Of a DNA stretch of 64,000 bases, positions 40,086-54,824 are shown piece by piece (within the stretch, counting starts at the first letter, position 1; each line of letters starts with the position of its first letter). Source of the DNA: Eledone cirrhosa (Eukaryota). The translations under genes were made by a program, and so were the position numbers. Below the pieces are notes generated by a model. That model saw only the letters and a list, made by a program, of their open reading frames with translations. It was not told the origin of the DNA and made no database searches. The stretch spans positions 18,910,001 to 18,974,000 of the forward strand of contig OZ024750.1 of the NCBI GenBank assembly GCA_964016885.1. Reading direction: 5' to 3'.

Positions 40086-40295
40086 CAAATAACAATTTCT
40101 GACAATTTAAAGCAGTGATTTTTTTTTTTTGTAATAACAATAACAATAATAGTGATAGTATTAAAAACAATAAGAATATGATAACAATAAGTTACTTATA
40201 ATAAACAACAATATTGGCCACTAGAGCACAAGATGGTGGTGACAATACTAATATCAAGAGTAATAATAACATAAAATAATTATGGTAATAATAAT

Positions 40296-41489
40296 AATTG
40301 TTTCTACTTTTGGCACAAGGCCAGCAATAACCCCCAGTACATTACTGGTACTTTATTTTATCGACCCCGTAAGGATGAAAGGCAAAGTTAACCTTGGCAG
40401 GATTTGAACTCAGAATGGCAAGGGCCGTAACTCTATGCGTCAAAGCATGGCGTCCGATCCTCTACCGATACTGCCAATCCACCGCCCTATAATAATAATT
40501 GTTTTTACTTTTGGCACAAGGCCAGCAATTACCCCCAGTACATTACTGGTACTTTATTTTATCGACCCCGTAAGGATGAAAGGCAAAGTTAACCTTGGCG
40601 GGATTTGAACTCAGAATGGCAAGGGCCGTAACTCTATGCGTCAAAGCATGGCATCCGATCCTCTACCGATACTGCCAATCCACCGCCCTATAATAATAAT
40701 AATAATAATTGTTACTACTTTAGGCACAAGGCCAGCAATAAACCAGTTCATTACTGGTACTTTATTTTATCGACCCCGTAAGGATGAAAGGCAAAGTCAT
40801 AATAATAATGATAATACTTTCTTTATTAACCACAAGGGTTTACATAAAGTAGACATTAAGGACAGTACAGGACAATACAGGACGGTACAAATGGGCATTT
40901 CTGCATGTAAAAAACAAAAACAGAGGATGTAACAAAAAAATAACAATGAAAAATTCCCCAATAGGGGGGAGACTTCGGAGGGACATTTGTGGAGAAAGCC
41001 CATTAAAAGGCCACAGTGACCCTGACCACCAGGGCATGTGCCCTCTCCCAGTTTTCCACCTTTAATTTACAGACACATACTCAGAGTAGGCCCATTCTTG
41101 CTTGTCTCACCCATCTTTCAACAAAATGCTGGGAAGAGAGCACTTCCCTCTCTACTCTGATTTTCCTTTTCAAATGAAATTTGAAAAAGGATAATAATTG
41201 TTTCTACTTTTGGCACAAGGCCAGCAATTACCAGTACATTACTGGTACTTTATTTTATCGACCCCGTAAGGATGAAAGGCAAAGTTAACCTCGGCGGGAT
41301 TTGAACTCAGAATGGCAAGGGCCGTAACTCTGTACATCAAAGCATGGCGTCCAACCCTCAACCGATACTGCCAATCCACTAATGATAATAATTGTGTCTA
41401 CTTTTGGCACAAGGCCAGCAATTACCCAGTGCATTACTGGTACTTTATTTTATCGACCCCGTAAGGATGAAAGGCAAAGTCAACCTCGG
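40296..41489 (-). mobile_element. Cluster of 5 Nin/Deu-like SINE copies plus a Tx1/L1-like 3' fragment (40801-41190)
   Basis: SINEs at 40296-40487, 40497-40688, 40707-40798, 41196-41378 and 41390-41489, separated by (AAT)n; minus-strand FFKFHLKRKIRVEREVLS..FVERW LINE C-terminus. Confidence 0.8.
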
Positions 41490-41648
41490 ATAATAATGAT
41501 TTGTAAAGACAGTTGTATCTTTCAGTATCAGTATGGTATTTGATATTAGATTTTATTTTCTGTTATTGATTTTACCTGATGGTGGTATACAGTGGTACTT
41601 TCTTACTTTCTTACGTCCCTTTGTTCCTGTCTTGTTAATATTCAAAAT

Positions 41649-41701
<53 letters not shown>

Positions 41702-42518
41702 ATGAATGTTTGTATGAATGTGTGATTGTGTTTTTTTTTTTTTTTGCTTTTTTTACTTTTTGCTTTTTGTTCCTTCGCTCTTTAAAATATTGGAGTGGTG
41801 GTGGGGTGGGAAAAGCTTGAGTAAAGTATGTGTGTGTGTGTAAGTATGTGTGTGTGTGTGTGTGTGTGTGATTGTGTGTGTTCATATTTCCCCTTGTTCT
41901 CTTTCTCTTTAGATATTGGAATGGTGGAGGTGATAGGTAGGGGGAGCATTGAGGAGAGAGAGAAAGAGAGAGAGAAAAATAAAGAATAAATGTGTGTGTA
42001 GGTGTGAGTGTCTTTATTTTTCTTGTTACTCTTCTTCCTTAAATATTAGAGTGAGGGATAGGTGGGTTGGGGAACAGTGTAGGAAAACAGAAAAAGGTAT
42101 GAGTGCATGTATGTGTATGTCTGTGTGATTGTATGTGTGTATGTGTGATTGTTTTCTTACTGCTCTTTCACTCCTCCTTATATATTTGAGGGATGGAGTG
42201 GGTGAGTATAAAAGGCAGTTAGAGGGAGAGAGAAAAGTGAAAAAGGTGTGGATATGTGATTGCATATGTGTGTATGTGTGATTGCATGTGTATGTATGTG
42301 TGTATGTGTGACTGCATGTGTGTATGAGTTGAAATGTGGTTCAATCAAATTAGTTTTTGCATTAAAAATGTTTTGTGTTTTTCTACTGGACTCACTCCTT
42401 ACCATTCCTCTCTTCTCCCTTTCCTTAAATTATATATATGTATGTATGTATGTATGTGTATATATATATATGTATGTATGTATGTGTATATATATATATA
42501 TATGTATGTATGTATGTG

Positions 42519-42565
<47 letters not shown>

Positions 42566-42570
42566 CTATG

Positions 42571-42617
<47 letters not shown>

Positions 42618-42640
42618 CTATGTATATATATATATCTATG

Positions 42641-42671
<31 letters not shown>

Positions 42672-42778
42672 GTATATATATGTATATGTATATATGTATA
42701 TGTATATATATATGTATATATATATAATTATATATATGTATATATATATATGTATATATATATATGTATATATATATG

Positions 42779-42809
<31 letters not shown>

Positions 42810-42832
42810 GTATATATATGTATATATATATG

Positions 42833-42871
<39 letters not shown>

Positions 42872-42965
42872 GTATATATGTATATATATATATGTATATA
42901 TGTATATATATATATGTATATATGTATATGTATATATATGTATATATATATATCTATATATATAT

Positions 42966-44248
42966 GGTGGCTGCCAACTCGTTTTCGAGTACGACCACTA
43001 CTTTATATCCATGTAGGAGAACCCCTACCGATGCGCTGAACGAGTGTGACTTTTTAGTCCAGCCAGCGACTTGAAAACTCTGGTACAAACACTACACTTG
43101 TGACAACTATTGACACATAGTGTTGGGCCCATGGTACCATGTGACGACAAGTGCAGAGAGATCTCAAGATATAAAGCAATGCCTGTGCCGTGAAGCTTTT
43201 ATAGTGAGCAAAGGCACTGCACAAAGCCAGTCCCACTCTCTTAACCAAGATGATATTTACCAAAAAGAAGAACTAGTCAACATCATTGAATACCATCAGG
43301 GTTGCAGGTGTTATATCAGAGTTTTCCTTCTCCTAGAATTCTGCCTTGACAAAGGCTAAGGGGTCATCTCTCCCAGTGATTTTGTATATATATGTATATA
43401 TATGTATATGTATATATATATGTGTATATATATATGTATATATATATATGTATATATATATATGTATATATATATGTATATATATGTATATATATATATG
43501 TATATATATATGTATATATATATATGTATATATGTATATATATATATATATGTATATATGTATATATATGTATATATGTATATATATATATATGTATATA
43601 TATATGTATATATATATATATATGTATATATATATGTATGTATATATATATGTATATATATTCTGGTAACATGTATTCCAGTACAACCTGTCCCATGGTC
43701 GGGTCGTTGGCGACTAAACTGGCAACCCCACCAAGGTTTCTTGGTGAGGAGGGTGACTTTGGACATCCTGCAGGACTAAAAACAAAACCTGTCAAAAGGC
43801 AAAGGAGCTCTTGGGGGTCAATGGCCATCCGGAATCACCGGGAGAGATGACCCCTTAGCCTTTGTCAAGGCAGAATTCTAGGAGAAGGAAAACTCTGATA
43901 TAACACCTGCAACCCTGATGGTATCCAATGATGTTGACTTGTTCTTCTTTTTGGTAAATATCATCTTGGTTAAGAGAGTGGGACTGGCTTTGTGCAGTGC
44001 CTTTGCTCACTATAAAAGCTTCACGGCACAGGCATTGCTTTATATCTGGAGATCTCTCTGCATTTGTCGTCACATGGTACCATGGGCCCAGCACTATGTG
44101 TCAATAATTGTCACAAGTGTAGTGTTTGTACCAGAGCTTTCAAGTCGCTGGCTGGACTAAAAAGTCACACTCGTTCAGCGCATCAGTAGGGGTTCTCCTA
44201 CATGGATATAAAGTAGTGGCCGTACTCGAAAACGAGTTGGCAGCCACC
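42966..44248. repeat. About 415-bp near-identical inverted repeat of an unclassified (TA)n-anchored element
   Basis: 42966-43381 is the reverse complement of 43833-44248; the spacer is (TA/TG)n plus 170 bp of unique sequence (43661-43832). Confidence 0.9.
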
Positions 44249-44372
44249 ATATATATATGTATGTATATATATATGTATGTATATATGTATGTATATATAT
44301 ATATAAATTAATAAAAACAATGAATAAAAACAAACAGTTCCTTATATTAAAAAAAAAAATATATATATATAC

Positions 44373-44480
<108 letters not shown>

Positions 44481-44756
44481 AATTACATCAATGTCTTTAC
44501 TCTCTCTCTATATATAATCAGTTATAACAGTGGCATATGCTATGTAGATACTTAAGTTTCGCTGGGTTATACACATTTGTATATAAAGGTAGATGTTCAT
44601 GTACAAATGGTTGCATATATACATGTGTGTGTATGGCTATTATATACATACTCACAATTACACATGAACATACACACACAAAGATGTAATTTATGTAAAA
44701 ATAATTACCCTTTTGATATCAGTTTTTTCATACTTGTTGTGTGTAAGTTCAATCAA

Positions 44757-44791
<35 letters not shown>

Positions 44792-44795
<4 letters not shown>

Positions 44796-44983
44796 AAGTA
44801 TGACCCCGACGGCAGAGCTCAAGCCGTTTCGACGGCTATTTCTGGACTACAGAAATAGCCGTCGAAACGGCTTGAGCTCTGCCGTCGGGGTCATACTTTT
44901 TCCTATTACCCACTCTACTACCTTAAGTATTGAGTTCTCTGGTGCGTTATGGTCCATCTGGTTCCTTACCACAATTCCTTCGT
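44792..44983 (+). mobile_element. Fold-back element, family A copy 2
   Basis: Perfect 53-bp arms 44792-44844/44850-44902 with a GACTA loop; same tail as the copy at 631. Confidence 0.7.
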
Positions 44984-46608
44984 TATATATATATATTTAT
45001 ATATATATATATTTATTTATATATATATATTTATATATGTATGTATCTGTAAGTATTTAACTATGCATATAGGCATGTGTGTGTTTATGCATGCATTTAG
45101 ATAACAAAAATGGTGAAAATTCCTATGTTGAACTTTAGAACAGTCTTGCATATTTTTATTGTTGTACATATAGTACAAATTCCATTAGTAAATGGTGTAT
45201 TAGCTGATCAATTTCTTAGCCTAAAGACCTCAACTTTTCCAGATTGTCATTTTGACATTTATTAACATAGCCAAGTGTACCAATAATTTTCAGTATAAAT
45301 ATAAAGTTATAATCTGAAGTAATTGTTCACTTTCTCAGTGGTTTTGGAAGAAATATTCATTTATTCATGGCAACAGACCTCCATCATCATCGTCATCACC
45401 ACCATTTTACACCTGCTTTCTGTGCTGCATAGAGATAGTGTTAGTGTCATGATAAATGCATGCACTTTACACTGTAAAGATCTAATACTGGTGCCACAAT
45501 AAAATGTACTCATTATTCTCTGTAAAGTGATAGTGCTGGTGCCATAATAAAATGTCCTTCGTACGCTCTGTAAAGTGTTAATGCTGGTGCCACAATGTTC
45601 TTGTTGTATGACATATGCACAATGGTTAGAGAAACAGATCGAGATTGGTGAGCCAGACTAAGACATCATTTGTAGTATTAAGGATTACCTCCAGGCTGCT
45701 GGGAAAACATCTAAGGTTGAAGGACTCATCATTTGTGTGAAAGACATGTCAGCCTCCCTTTTGCTGAGGCCACGATAAAATGCCCATAGTACACTCTGTT
45801 GAGTACAGTGTTCTCTGTGAGATATAGTCGGCTCCGCCTCTCCCAGCCTATCTGAGAAGTCAGTATCTCTGATGAAGTAATGATTTGGTTTGTGATAACC
45901 TGTCCAAGTCCAAGCCTTGCTAGCAGGGAAATTGGACATTAAATGTTGACGATATGACGATGATGATGATGAAATATTAGCATATATTTGTGTTGATGCC
46001 TAAATATTCAAGAGTTTCAAAATTTATATTAAATAACCCAATACACAAACACATTAAATTAAATGAAATATCAACACATGGACAATATTATATATATATA
46101 TTTTTTTAATATATTAATCTAATTATTGATTTGTTTGTTTTATATTGGAGTTTGTATTATTCATTTATATTTATTTATATTTATTTAAAAATTTATTTTT
46201 TATTCATTTCTTAATTCGTTTATTATTTATTTGTTTATTTAATATTTGTATAGTAATTTGTTTTAATTTATTTCATAATTTATTTATTCAATTTATAATT
46301 TATTTATTTTATAATTATATAGTTTTACTCTCTATTTATATTTTAATTCATTTATTTATAGTTTATTTTTTTATTCATTTTTATTCAGTTATTGATTTAT
46401 TTTATACTTTTTTTACATTTATTTTATATTTATATTTATTTTTTATTTGTTTATTATATTTATTTTTTATTTGTTTATCATTTGTTTATTTGTTCTGATA
46501 GTTTGTATTGCTTCTGTTGTGGTTTCACTTTCCCTATAATTTCAATGTGTTTACATTGTCATTAGAGAAGAGCGGTAGGGGTGGATTTATTGCATTAGTA
46601 AACAAACA

Positions 46609-48225
<1,617 letters not shown>

Positions 48226-48428
48226 AGGCGGTCTGTATATATATATTGGCAGTATCGGTAGAGGGTTGGATGCCATGCTTTCCAGCATAGTTACGTCCCT
48301 TAACGATCTGAGTTCAAATCACGCTGAGGTTGACTTTGCCTTTCATCCTTACGGGGTCGATAAAATAAAGTACCAGTAATGCACTGGATAATTGCTGGCC
48401 TTGTGCCAAAAAGTAGAAACAATTATTA
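48226..48428 (+). mobile_element. Nin/Deu-like tRNA SINE
   Basis: ttggcagtatcggtagag head, gagttcaaatc B box, conserved central domain. Confidence 0.8.
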
Positions 48429-48780
48429 CTATATATATATATATTATGTATATATATATTATGTATATATATATATATTATGTATATATATATTATGTAT
48501 TATGTATATATATATTATGTATATATATATATTTATATATTATATATATATATTATATATATATATATACTTATATAATATATATATATTATATATATAT
48601 TATAAATTCCGATCTTACACACTTACACCTCTCCAAGACAATGTCACTGGACCAAGATCTTTGGCGCTACGCAGTAATACAGAAGACCCGCCTTGCCTAA
48701 GTACAACCAAATATATATATATATTTATATATATATATTATATATATTTATATATATATATTATATATATTATATACTTA

Positions 48781-48818
<38 letters not shown>

Positions 48819-48828
48819 ATATATATAT

Positions 48829-49610
48829 AGGGAGCTATTGCCACTGGTAGCTGCAAAAGGCTTTTCCCTCAAAATGAAAGGCAGACTGTACGATGCGTGT
48901 ATTCGAACAGTAATGTTACATGGTAGTGAAACCCGGGCGCTGTCTGTAGAAGACTTGCGTAGATTAGAAAGAAACAAAGCCTGCATGCTCCGATGGATGT
49001 GTAATAGTAATATATGCGAACGGCGAAGCATAAATGAATTGAGAGAGAGACTGAGCATAAGAGGTACCAAATGCTGTGTGCAGGAGAGGCGGTTGTGTTG
49101 GTATGGGCATGTGATGCGTATGAAGGATGACAGCTGCATAAAAAGGTGCAGAGCACTAGAAGTTGATGGAAACCGCGGAGTGGGGAGATCCAAGAAGACC
49201 TGGGATGAGGTGATAAAAGCCGACCTAACCCAATTTCACCTCTCAAAGGTGATGACACATGACCGTGACCTCTGGCATCACGCAGTAATACAGAAGACCC
49301 GACCCCCCACGGGTACAAGCTGAAGCTGAAGCATATAGACAATATGTCCCCACAGCCTCCCACTGCAAAGTGGTCGTGGAGGTGCCACGGCAAAAAAGCA
49401 CCCAGCCCACACTGTAAAGTGGACGTGTAGGCGCCACAAAAAAGCACTCAGCACTCACTGTAAATGAGGTTGGTGTTAGGAAGGGCATCCAGCTGTAGAA
49501 ATCAAGCCAGAATCAGTTCCCATATGAGCAAGACAAGGTAAACCGACAGGACAACCCGTCTAACCCATGCTAGCGTGGAAGAACGGACGTAAAACGGTGA
49601 TGATGATGAT
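48829..49610 (+). mobile_element. 5'-truncated RTE LINE with complete 3' UTR
   Basis: Open RELLPL...KGRLYDACIRTVMLHGSET...RLCWYGHVMRM...GRSKKTW to the stop at 49323, then a 3' UTR ending in (ATG)n. Confidence 0.88.
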
Positions 49611-49661
49611 ATATATTATATGTTATATGTATGTGTGTATATACATGTCTCTATTTATCTA

Positions 49662-49692
<31 letters not shown>

Positions 49693-50258
49693 GTGTGTGT
49701 GCACATGTGTATATATGTATATTGAACATTCTTATTAAATTTTATTTTTGAAATGGTGAATAAAAATGGATATTGAAAATATGTTTATAATGTTAATGAT
49801 ATCGAAGGGGGGGAGGGTATTGATAGTATATATTGATATTGATATCAGTGATAATGATGATGTTTTCTTTTCTTTGGTTTTAAACCAATATTTCAATTTC
49901 CAAATTCCTCTTCAAGAAAATATTTGTTATATCATCATCATCATCATCATCATCATCATCGTCCATCTTCCACGCTAGCATGGGTCTGGACGGCAATTGT
50001 CCCACTTGAGGCAAGATTGGTTGTCTTGCTCAGGACTGTCTGGCGGGTTTTCTACGGCTGGATGCCCTTCCTAACACCAACCACGTTTACAGTGTGGACT
50101 GGGAGGTTTTTACCGTGTTACCTACACAGCCACATTACAGCGTGGACTGTGTGTTTTTTGATTTTAAGACCCAATCTGCTTCTGGTATGTGTGGGTAAAT
50201 ATGTGTGTGGGTGTATATACATATATTGCTTGTATTCATACACTTGTATGTAGCTGTA

Positions 50259-50806
50259 CAGTGTACCCCTGGCATTCGTGGTCCCGGATATTCGTGGAAT
50301 TTTCCTTAGAACCTAACTAGTAATTGTTTGTGGAAACCACCACATATTCACAGAATCGTAAATATCTTCTGCCATTTTTTAATGTGCTGTTTAGTAGCAA
50401 TATATATTATTTTAATGGCGGTGATTTGGCAGTATCGGTAGAAGGCCGGACGCCATGCTTTCCAGCATAGTTACGTCCCTTTACGATCTGAGTTCAAATC
50501 CCGTCGAGGTTAACTTTGCCTTTCATCCTTACGGGGTCGATAAAATAAAGTACCAGTAATGCACTGGGTAATTGCTGGCCTTGTGCCAAACGTAGAAACA
50601 AATATATATTATTTTAATGCTAAATTATTAATAACAATATACTGTATTTGCTGACCCATTGAATGCCCTTTAGCATAAGACACTCCCTTTTTTTAAAATT
50701 ATATTTTACGTTATATTTTGATGTTTATAGGCATTTTTATGGACCACATCCAATATTCACGGTTTTTCACTCTTTATTAACACATGCAAATACCAGAGGA
50801 CAACTG
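50259..50806. mobile_element. Tigger/pogo-like MITE interrupted by a SINE (50418-50600)
   Basis: TA|CAGTGTACCCCTGGCATTCG ... CAAATACCAGAGGACAACTG|TA; the SINE has a 19-bp TSD aatatatattattttaatg. Confidence 0.7.
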
Positions 50807-50971
50807 TATATATTTGTATGAATATGTATTAGGTTGACTAGGACATAAAATGTTGTTTTTTACAGCTTATTCAAACTGTATGAAATCCTTTCATCAGTAA
50901 ATGTTTGTTGTTATTTATATCTTTATATAACTTCCAAACTCTAACATTTGATCTGGTTGGTCTCTTTTCAG

Positions 50972-51443
50972 GAAAGAAGACAGTGTTGTGTATTCAGAGG
51001 ATTTGCCAAAGACTTTGACCAACCTGATACGCTTTGTCCTTCATCATGCTACCCACACAGTCAGTTTGTGGACAGACAATTCCCAGCAGTGCACCACCAA
51101 CTGTATCAAGACTAACCGACAGAATGCCTTACTTCGAATATCCGTTCTTGACAGAGAGATTAAACGTCTTGAGTCACGACTGACTCACCTGGAAAACTCT
51201 GTTCTAAAGAGGAAACTTCTTGACAGCACCGGTAAACAGTTGCCAGCATCAGTGCAGATCTTGGGGGCAATGGTAACGAGGTCTCACTGGCAGAAACTAG
51301 TTGAAAAGAAGAAACGCCAGAGATCCATTTCTAAAAAACTCATCAGATTCTTGAAAAGAAAAGATTCTTCATTAAACAAAGAAGACTTGATTAAGTTTAT
51401 GAAAATAAATGATTTGTTGGTTAACCACCTTCCAAGTCTTTGA
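50972..51443 (+). CDS. TXNDC11: TXNDC11 exon 14 (terminal; coiled coil)
   Basis: tctcttttcag acceptor, phase 2 matches exon 13; (R)KEDSVVYSEDLPKTLTNLIRFVLHH resembles human [26 protein letters not shown]; heptad-like LDREIKRLESRLTHLE; stop TGA ends at 51443. Confidence 0.9.
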
Positions 51444-51719
51444 TATTTGGTCAGTCAAAAGATGAACATCATCAACAAAATGCCAAAATGCACCCAGTGC
51501 ACTCTGTAAAGTAGGCTGGCATTAAGAAGGGTATCAAGCTGTAGAAACCATGCTTAAATGTGAAATGAACAAGATGTGGTTATCCAAACCTGCCTATAGT
51601 TTCAGAATATGATACCCTGTCTAATCTATGCCAACATGGAAAAATAGACATAAAATGATGATGATGAACAACTACTACAATAACAATAACAACAACTACA
51701 ACAACAACGACAACAAAAT

Positions 51720-51767
51720 AATAAACTGATTTTTTTTTTTTTTTTTTTTTTTTGAAGATAAAATAAA
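51720..51767 (+). terminator. Candidate polyadenylation signals of TXNDC11
   Basis: AATAAA at 51720 and 51762, about 280-320 nt after the stop; unverified in an AT-rich context. Confidence 0.35.
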
Positions 51768-52096
51768 AAGAATTTTTTAATTTGCAACATTTGAACTGAG
51801 TATCAGGGAAAAATAATTGATTTCTCTTTGAAACACGAGTGAAAGGAGAATGAAAGTATGGTGGTAGCTGGGAGGGGGGACTTGTGCAGACCGGTTGTTG
51901 TTTTGTGTAGTGGTGGTGGTGGTCTAAAGTGACAGTGATTGGCTGCTGTTTCTAGCAGGGGCTGGGTGTAGTGTGGTATGATGTGGCTGGTAGTGGTGTA
52001 AATTGACCAATATAATATAAAATATTCTGGTTACCAGTTTCACTTCAGTCATATCTATTCAAGTGTGATCGATGATTACATCTGTATATATATATA

Positions 52097-52147
<51 letters not shown>

Positions 52148-52180
52148 CACACAACACACACACACACATATATATATATA

Positions 52181-52225
<45 letters not shown>

Positions 52226-52577
52226 CACACAACACACACACATATATATATATATATATATGTGCATATGTATATTATATATGTATGTATATTATACATG
52301 TGAATATGTATATTATATATGTTTATGTGTGTTACATATGTATATGTATATATTATATATATTATGTATATGTATATATTATATATATTATGTATATATA
52401 TATGTATATATTATATATATTATGTATATATATATGTATATATTATATATATTATGTATATATATATGTATATGTATATATATATATGTATATATATATA
52501 TGTATATATATATATGTATATATATATATGTATATATATATATGTATATATATATATGTATATATATATATGTATAC

Positions 52578-52617
<40 letters not shown>

Positions 52618-52798
52618 GTATATGTATATATATATACATATATATATGTATATATATATACATATGTATATGTATATATATATACATATATATATGTATA
52701 TATATATACATATATATATGTATATATATATATATGTATATGTATATATATATACATATATATATGTATATATATATATATATATACATATATATATG

Positions 52799-52833
<35 letters not shown>

Positions 52834-53496
52834 ATATATATATATATATATATTTGCTTTTATAATACTCCCATCCTTCCTCTCTCTATTTTTGCAATAT
52901 TTTTATTTAATTTTTAATTTACATTTCTTTCATCTCCCCCTCTCTCTCTCTCTTCCACTGTGTCTGTCTGTATGTCTTTATCTCATTAGCTCTCACCATC
53001 TTTCTTTCCTTTTCTTTTTTGTGGGTAAGAGTTGAGTTTTGTTTTCCATAAAATCTTGCTGTTACATAAAAAAAAACAAAAAAACAATTGGCTGTTATTT
53101 ATGCAAATTTGACCCAAGAACCAAGATGTCACTGCTTAATAGAAGGTTGTGGCAGATTTTGGTTGTGGAAATGTTGTACCATGTAAAGCTCTTCCTTGCT
53201 CTGCCCTTTATTGGAACTTTCTATCAAGGCAGGCATTCTTTAGACAACCTTTCAGGACTCATGAAAATTTCTGCCATCTTCTTTCTAAAGATTCCTTTTT
53301 TTTTTTTTTCAAAACGTCTCTCACTGCAAGAAACTTTCCTTGTACATATGTGTGTATATATGTGTGTATAGAAAATATGGATGCACAGAGATAATAATAA
53401 ATTGATTATAATACTTTTCTTATATTTTCTTTGCACTACTAAAACTAAAAAGGAACTTCTATGAGTCTAAATTGTACTGTAATGTATTTCTGTTAA

Positions 53497-53703
53497 TCCT
53501 TTAGCATTTAAACTGACTGTATTAGGCCAGAATTCTCACACTTCTTTCTGTTCAAACCAACCATACCTGGCCCCTCATACCGACTTTAAGGTATTGTTCT
53601 CAAAATAAATAATATCAAACTCTCATAGATTCAATATTATGTAAAATAAAGCCTTTACCACAAAATACAGTAGTAAATATACAGTAATGTAAATGCTAAA
53701 GGG
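53497..53703. mobile_element. piggyBac-type MITE
   Basis: TTAA|TCCTTTAGCATTTA ... TAAATGCTAAAGGG|TTAA. Confidence 0.7.
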
Positions 53704-53756
53704 TTAAACAGCATATGTCTTCCAAAGGTTGATGAAGTACTGGTTTGAATTAGACA

Positions 53757-53791
<35 letters not shown>

Positions 53792-54408
53792 GAAAAATGT
53801 TTTTATTTACAACATTAATGAATGCAAGGTTTGCATAAATGAATTGGAGAAAATACTTATACATATGAGGGTTAGCTGAAAAGTTTATAGCTGACAAAGA
53901 TACTCTCATGGAATGATCAGATGAGGTTTATTTTTCAACATAGTCCCTGGAAAGAAACACTGCAGTTATTAATAAGAAGAGTGGAAATTGTTTGCAAAAT
54001 TTCACTACTCTAGCAACACTTCTTCATAGTCAGCCTTATATGTATGGAAGATGATGCTGGGTAAAGAATTGCTTAGAAATCCCAGTAGAAGCAAGACGCA
54101 GTAGAGGAAGACAACGAAAATCATGGGCAAGGTGGTGAGAGCTGACCTCAGATTGCTGAAGCTCACGGAGATGATGACGAAGGATCATGACAAATGGAGA
54201 GATGCTGAGCTGTCGAGGAACCATCCTACCCTTGTAAGCAGGGAAAAGCAGACGTAAAATGATGATGATGATGATGATACATTGTTTTGAAAAGTCAAAT
54301 ATGTAATTCAATGTTGTAAAAAAAGCATGATACATAAATTCTTGAATTAGCTCTTTTAATTCTAAACTACTCACAACTGTTTTAAATCAGTGGTTCCATG
54401 TTTTAAAT

Positions 54409-54705
54409 CAGTGGTTCCCAACCTTTTGTGCTTCAGGCCCCACCTCAACATCTCAAACTTTTTATGCCCCACTTTGATATAAAAACAGCAATGATCAACT
54501 ACAAAGTGTTAACAAATTGGCATATGGGTGATGCCAGATGCACATTAACATGTGTGGAGGAGGTGAGGAAGGAGTTTCTGACTATAATTTGTTCCAAATT
54601 TGCTTTGGTGTAAAAGTAATAGGGTAAAATATGATGTTTGCTCTCATTAACACTATTTTCAAATTGCCCACCCATGGGGTGTGCACCCCATGTTGGGAAT
54701 CACTG
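54409..54705. mobile_element. hAT/Charlie-like MITE
   Basis: TIRs CAGTGGTTCCCAAC/GTTGGGAATCACTG; 8-bp TSD ttttaaat/atttaaat. Confidence 0.7.
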
Positions 54706-54824
54706 ATTTAAATGGAAAGAAGTTTTATATTTCTGTATGTTATTCGAACCTGAATGGTTATTAGTAACATAGTACATCATCATCATCATCATTTAACATC
54801 CATCTTCCACGCTAGCACGGGTTA

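Noticed and set aside
33336-40170. Poly-Thr/His/Pro/Val ORFs resembling mucins or extensins
   Set aside because: Open in several frames on both strands because of trinucleotide repeats; no convincing splice context.
43300-43380. Possible HDV-like ribozyme (ccttctcc...ggctaa)
   Set aside because: The nested double pseudoknot could not be built by eye; needs an RNArobo or Infernal search.
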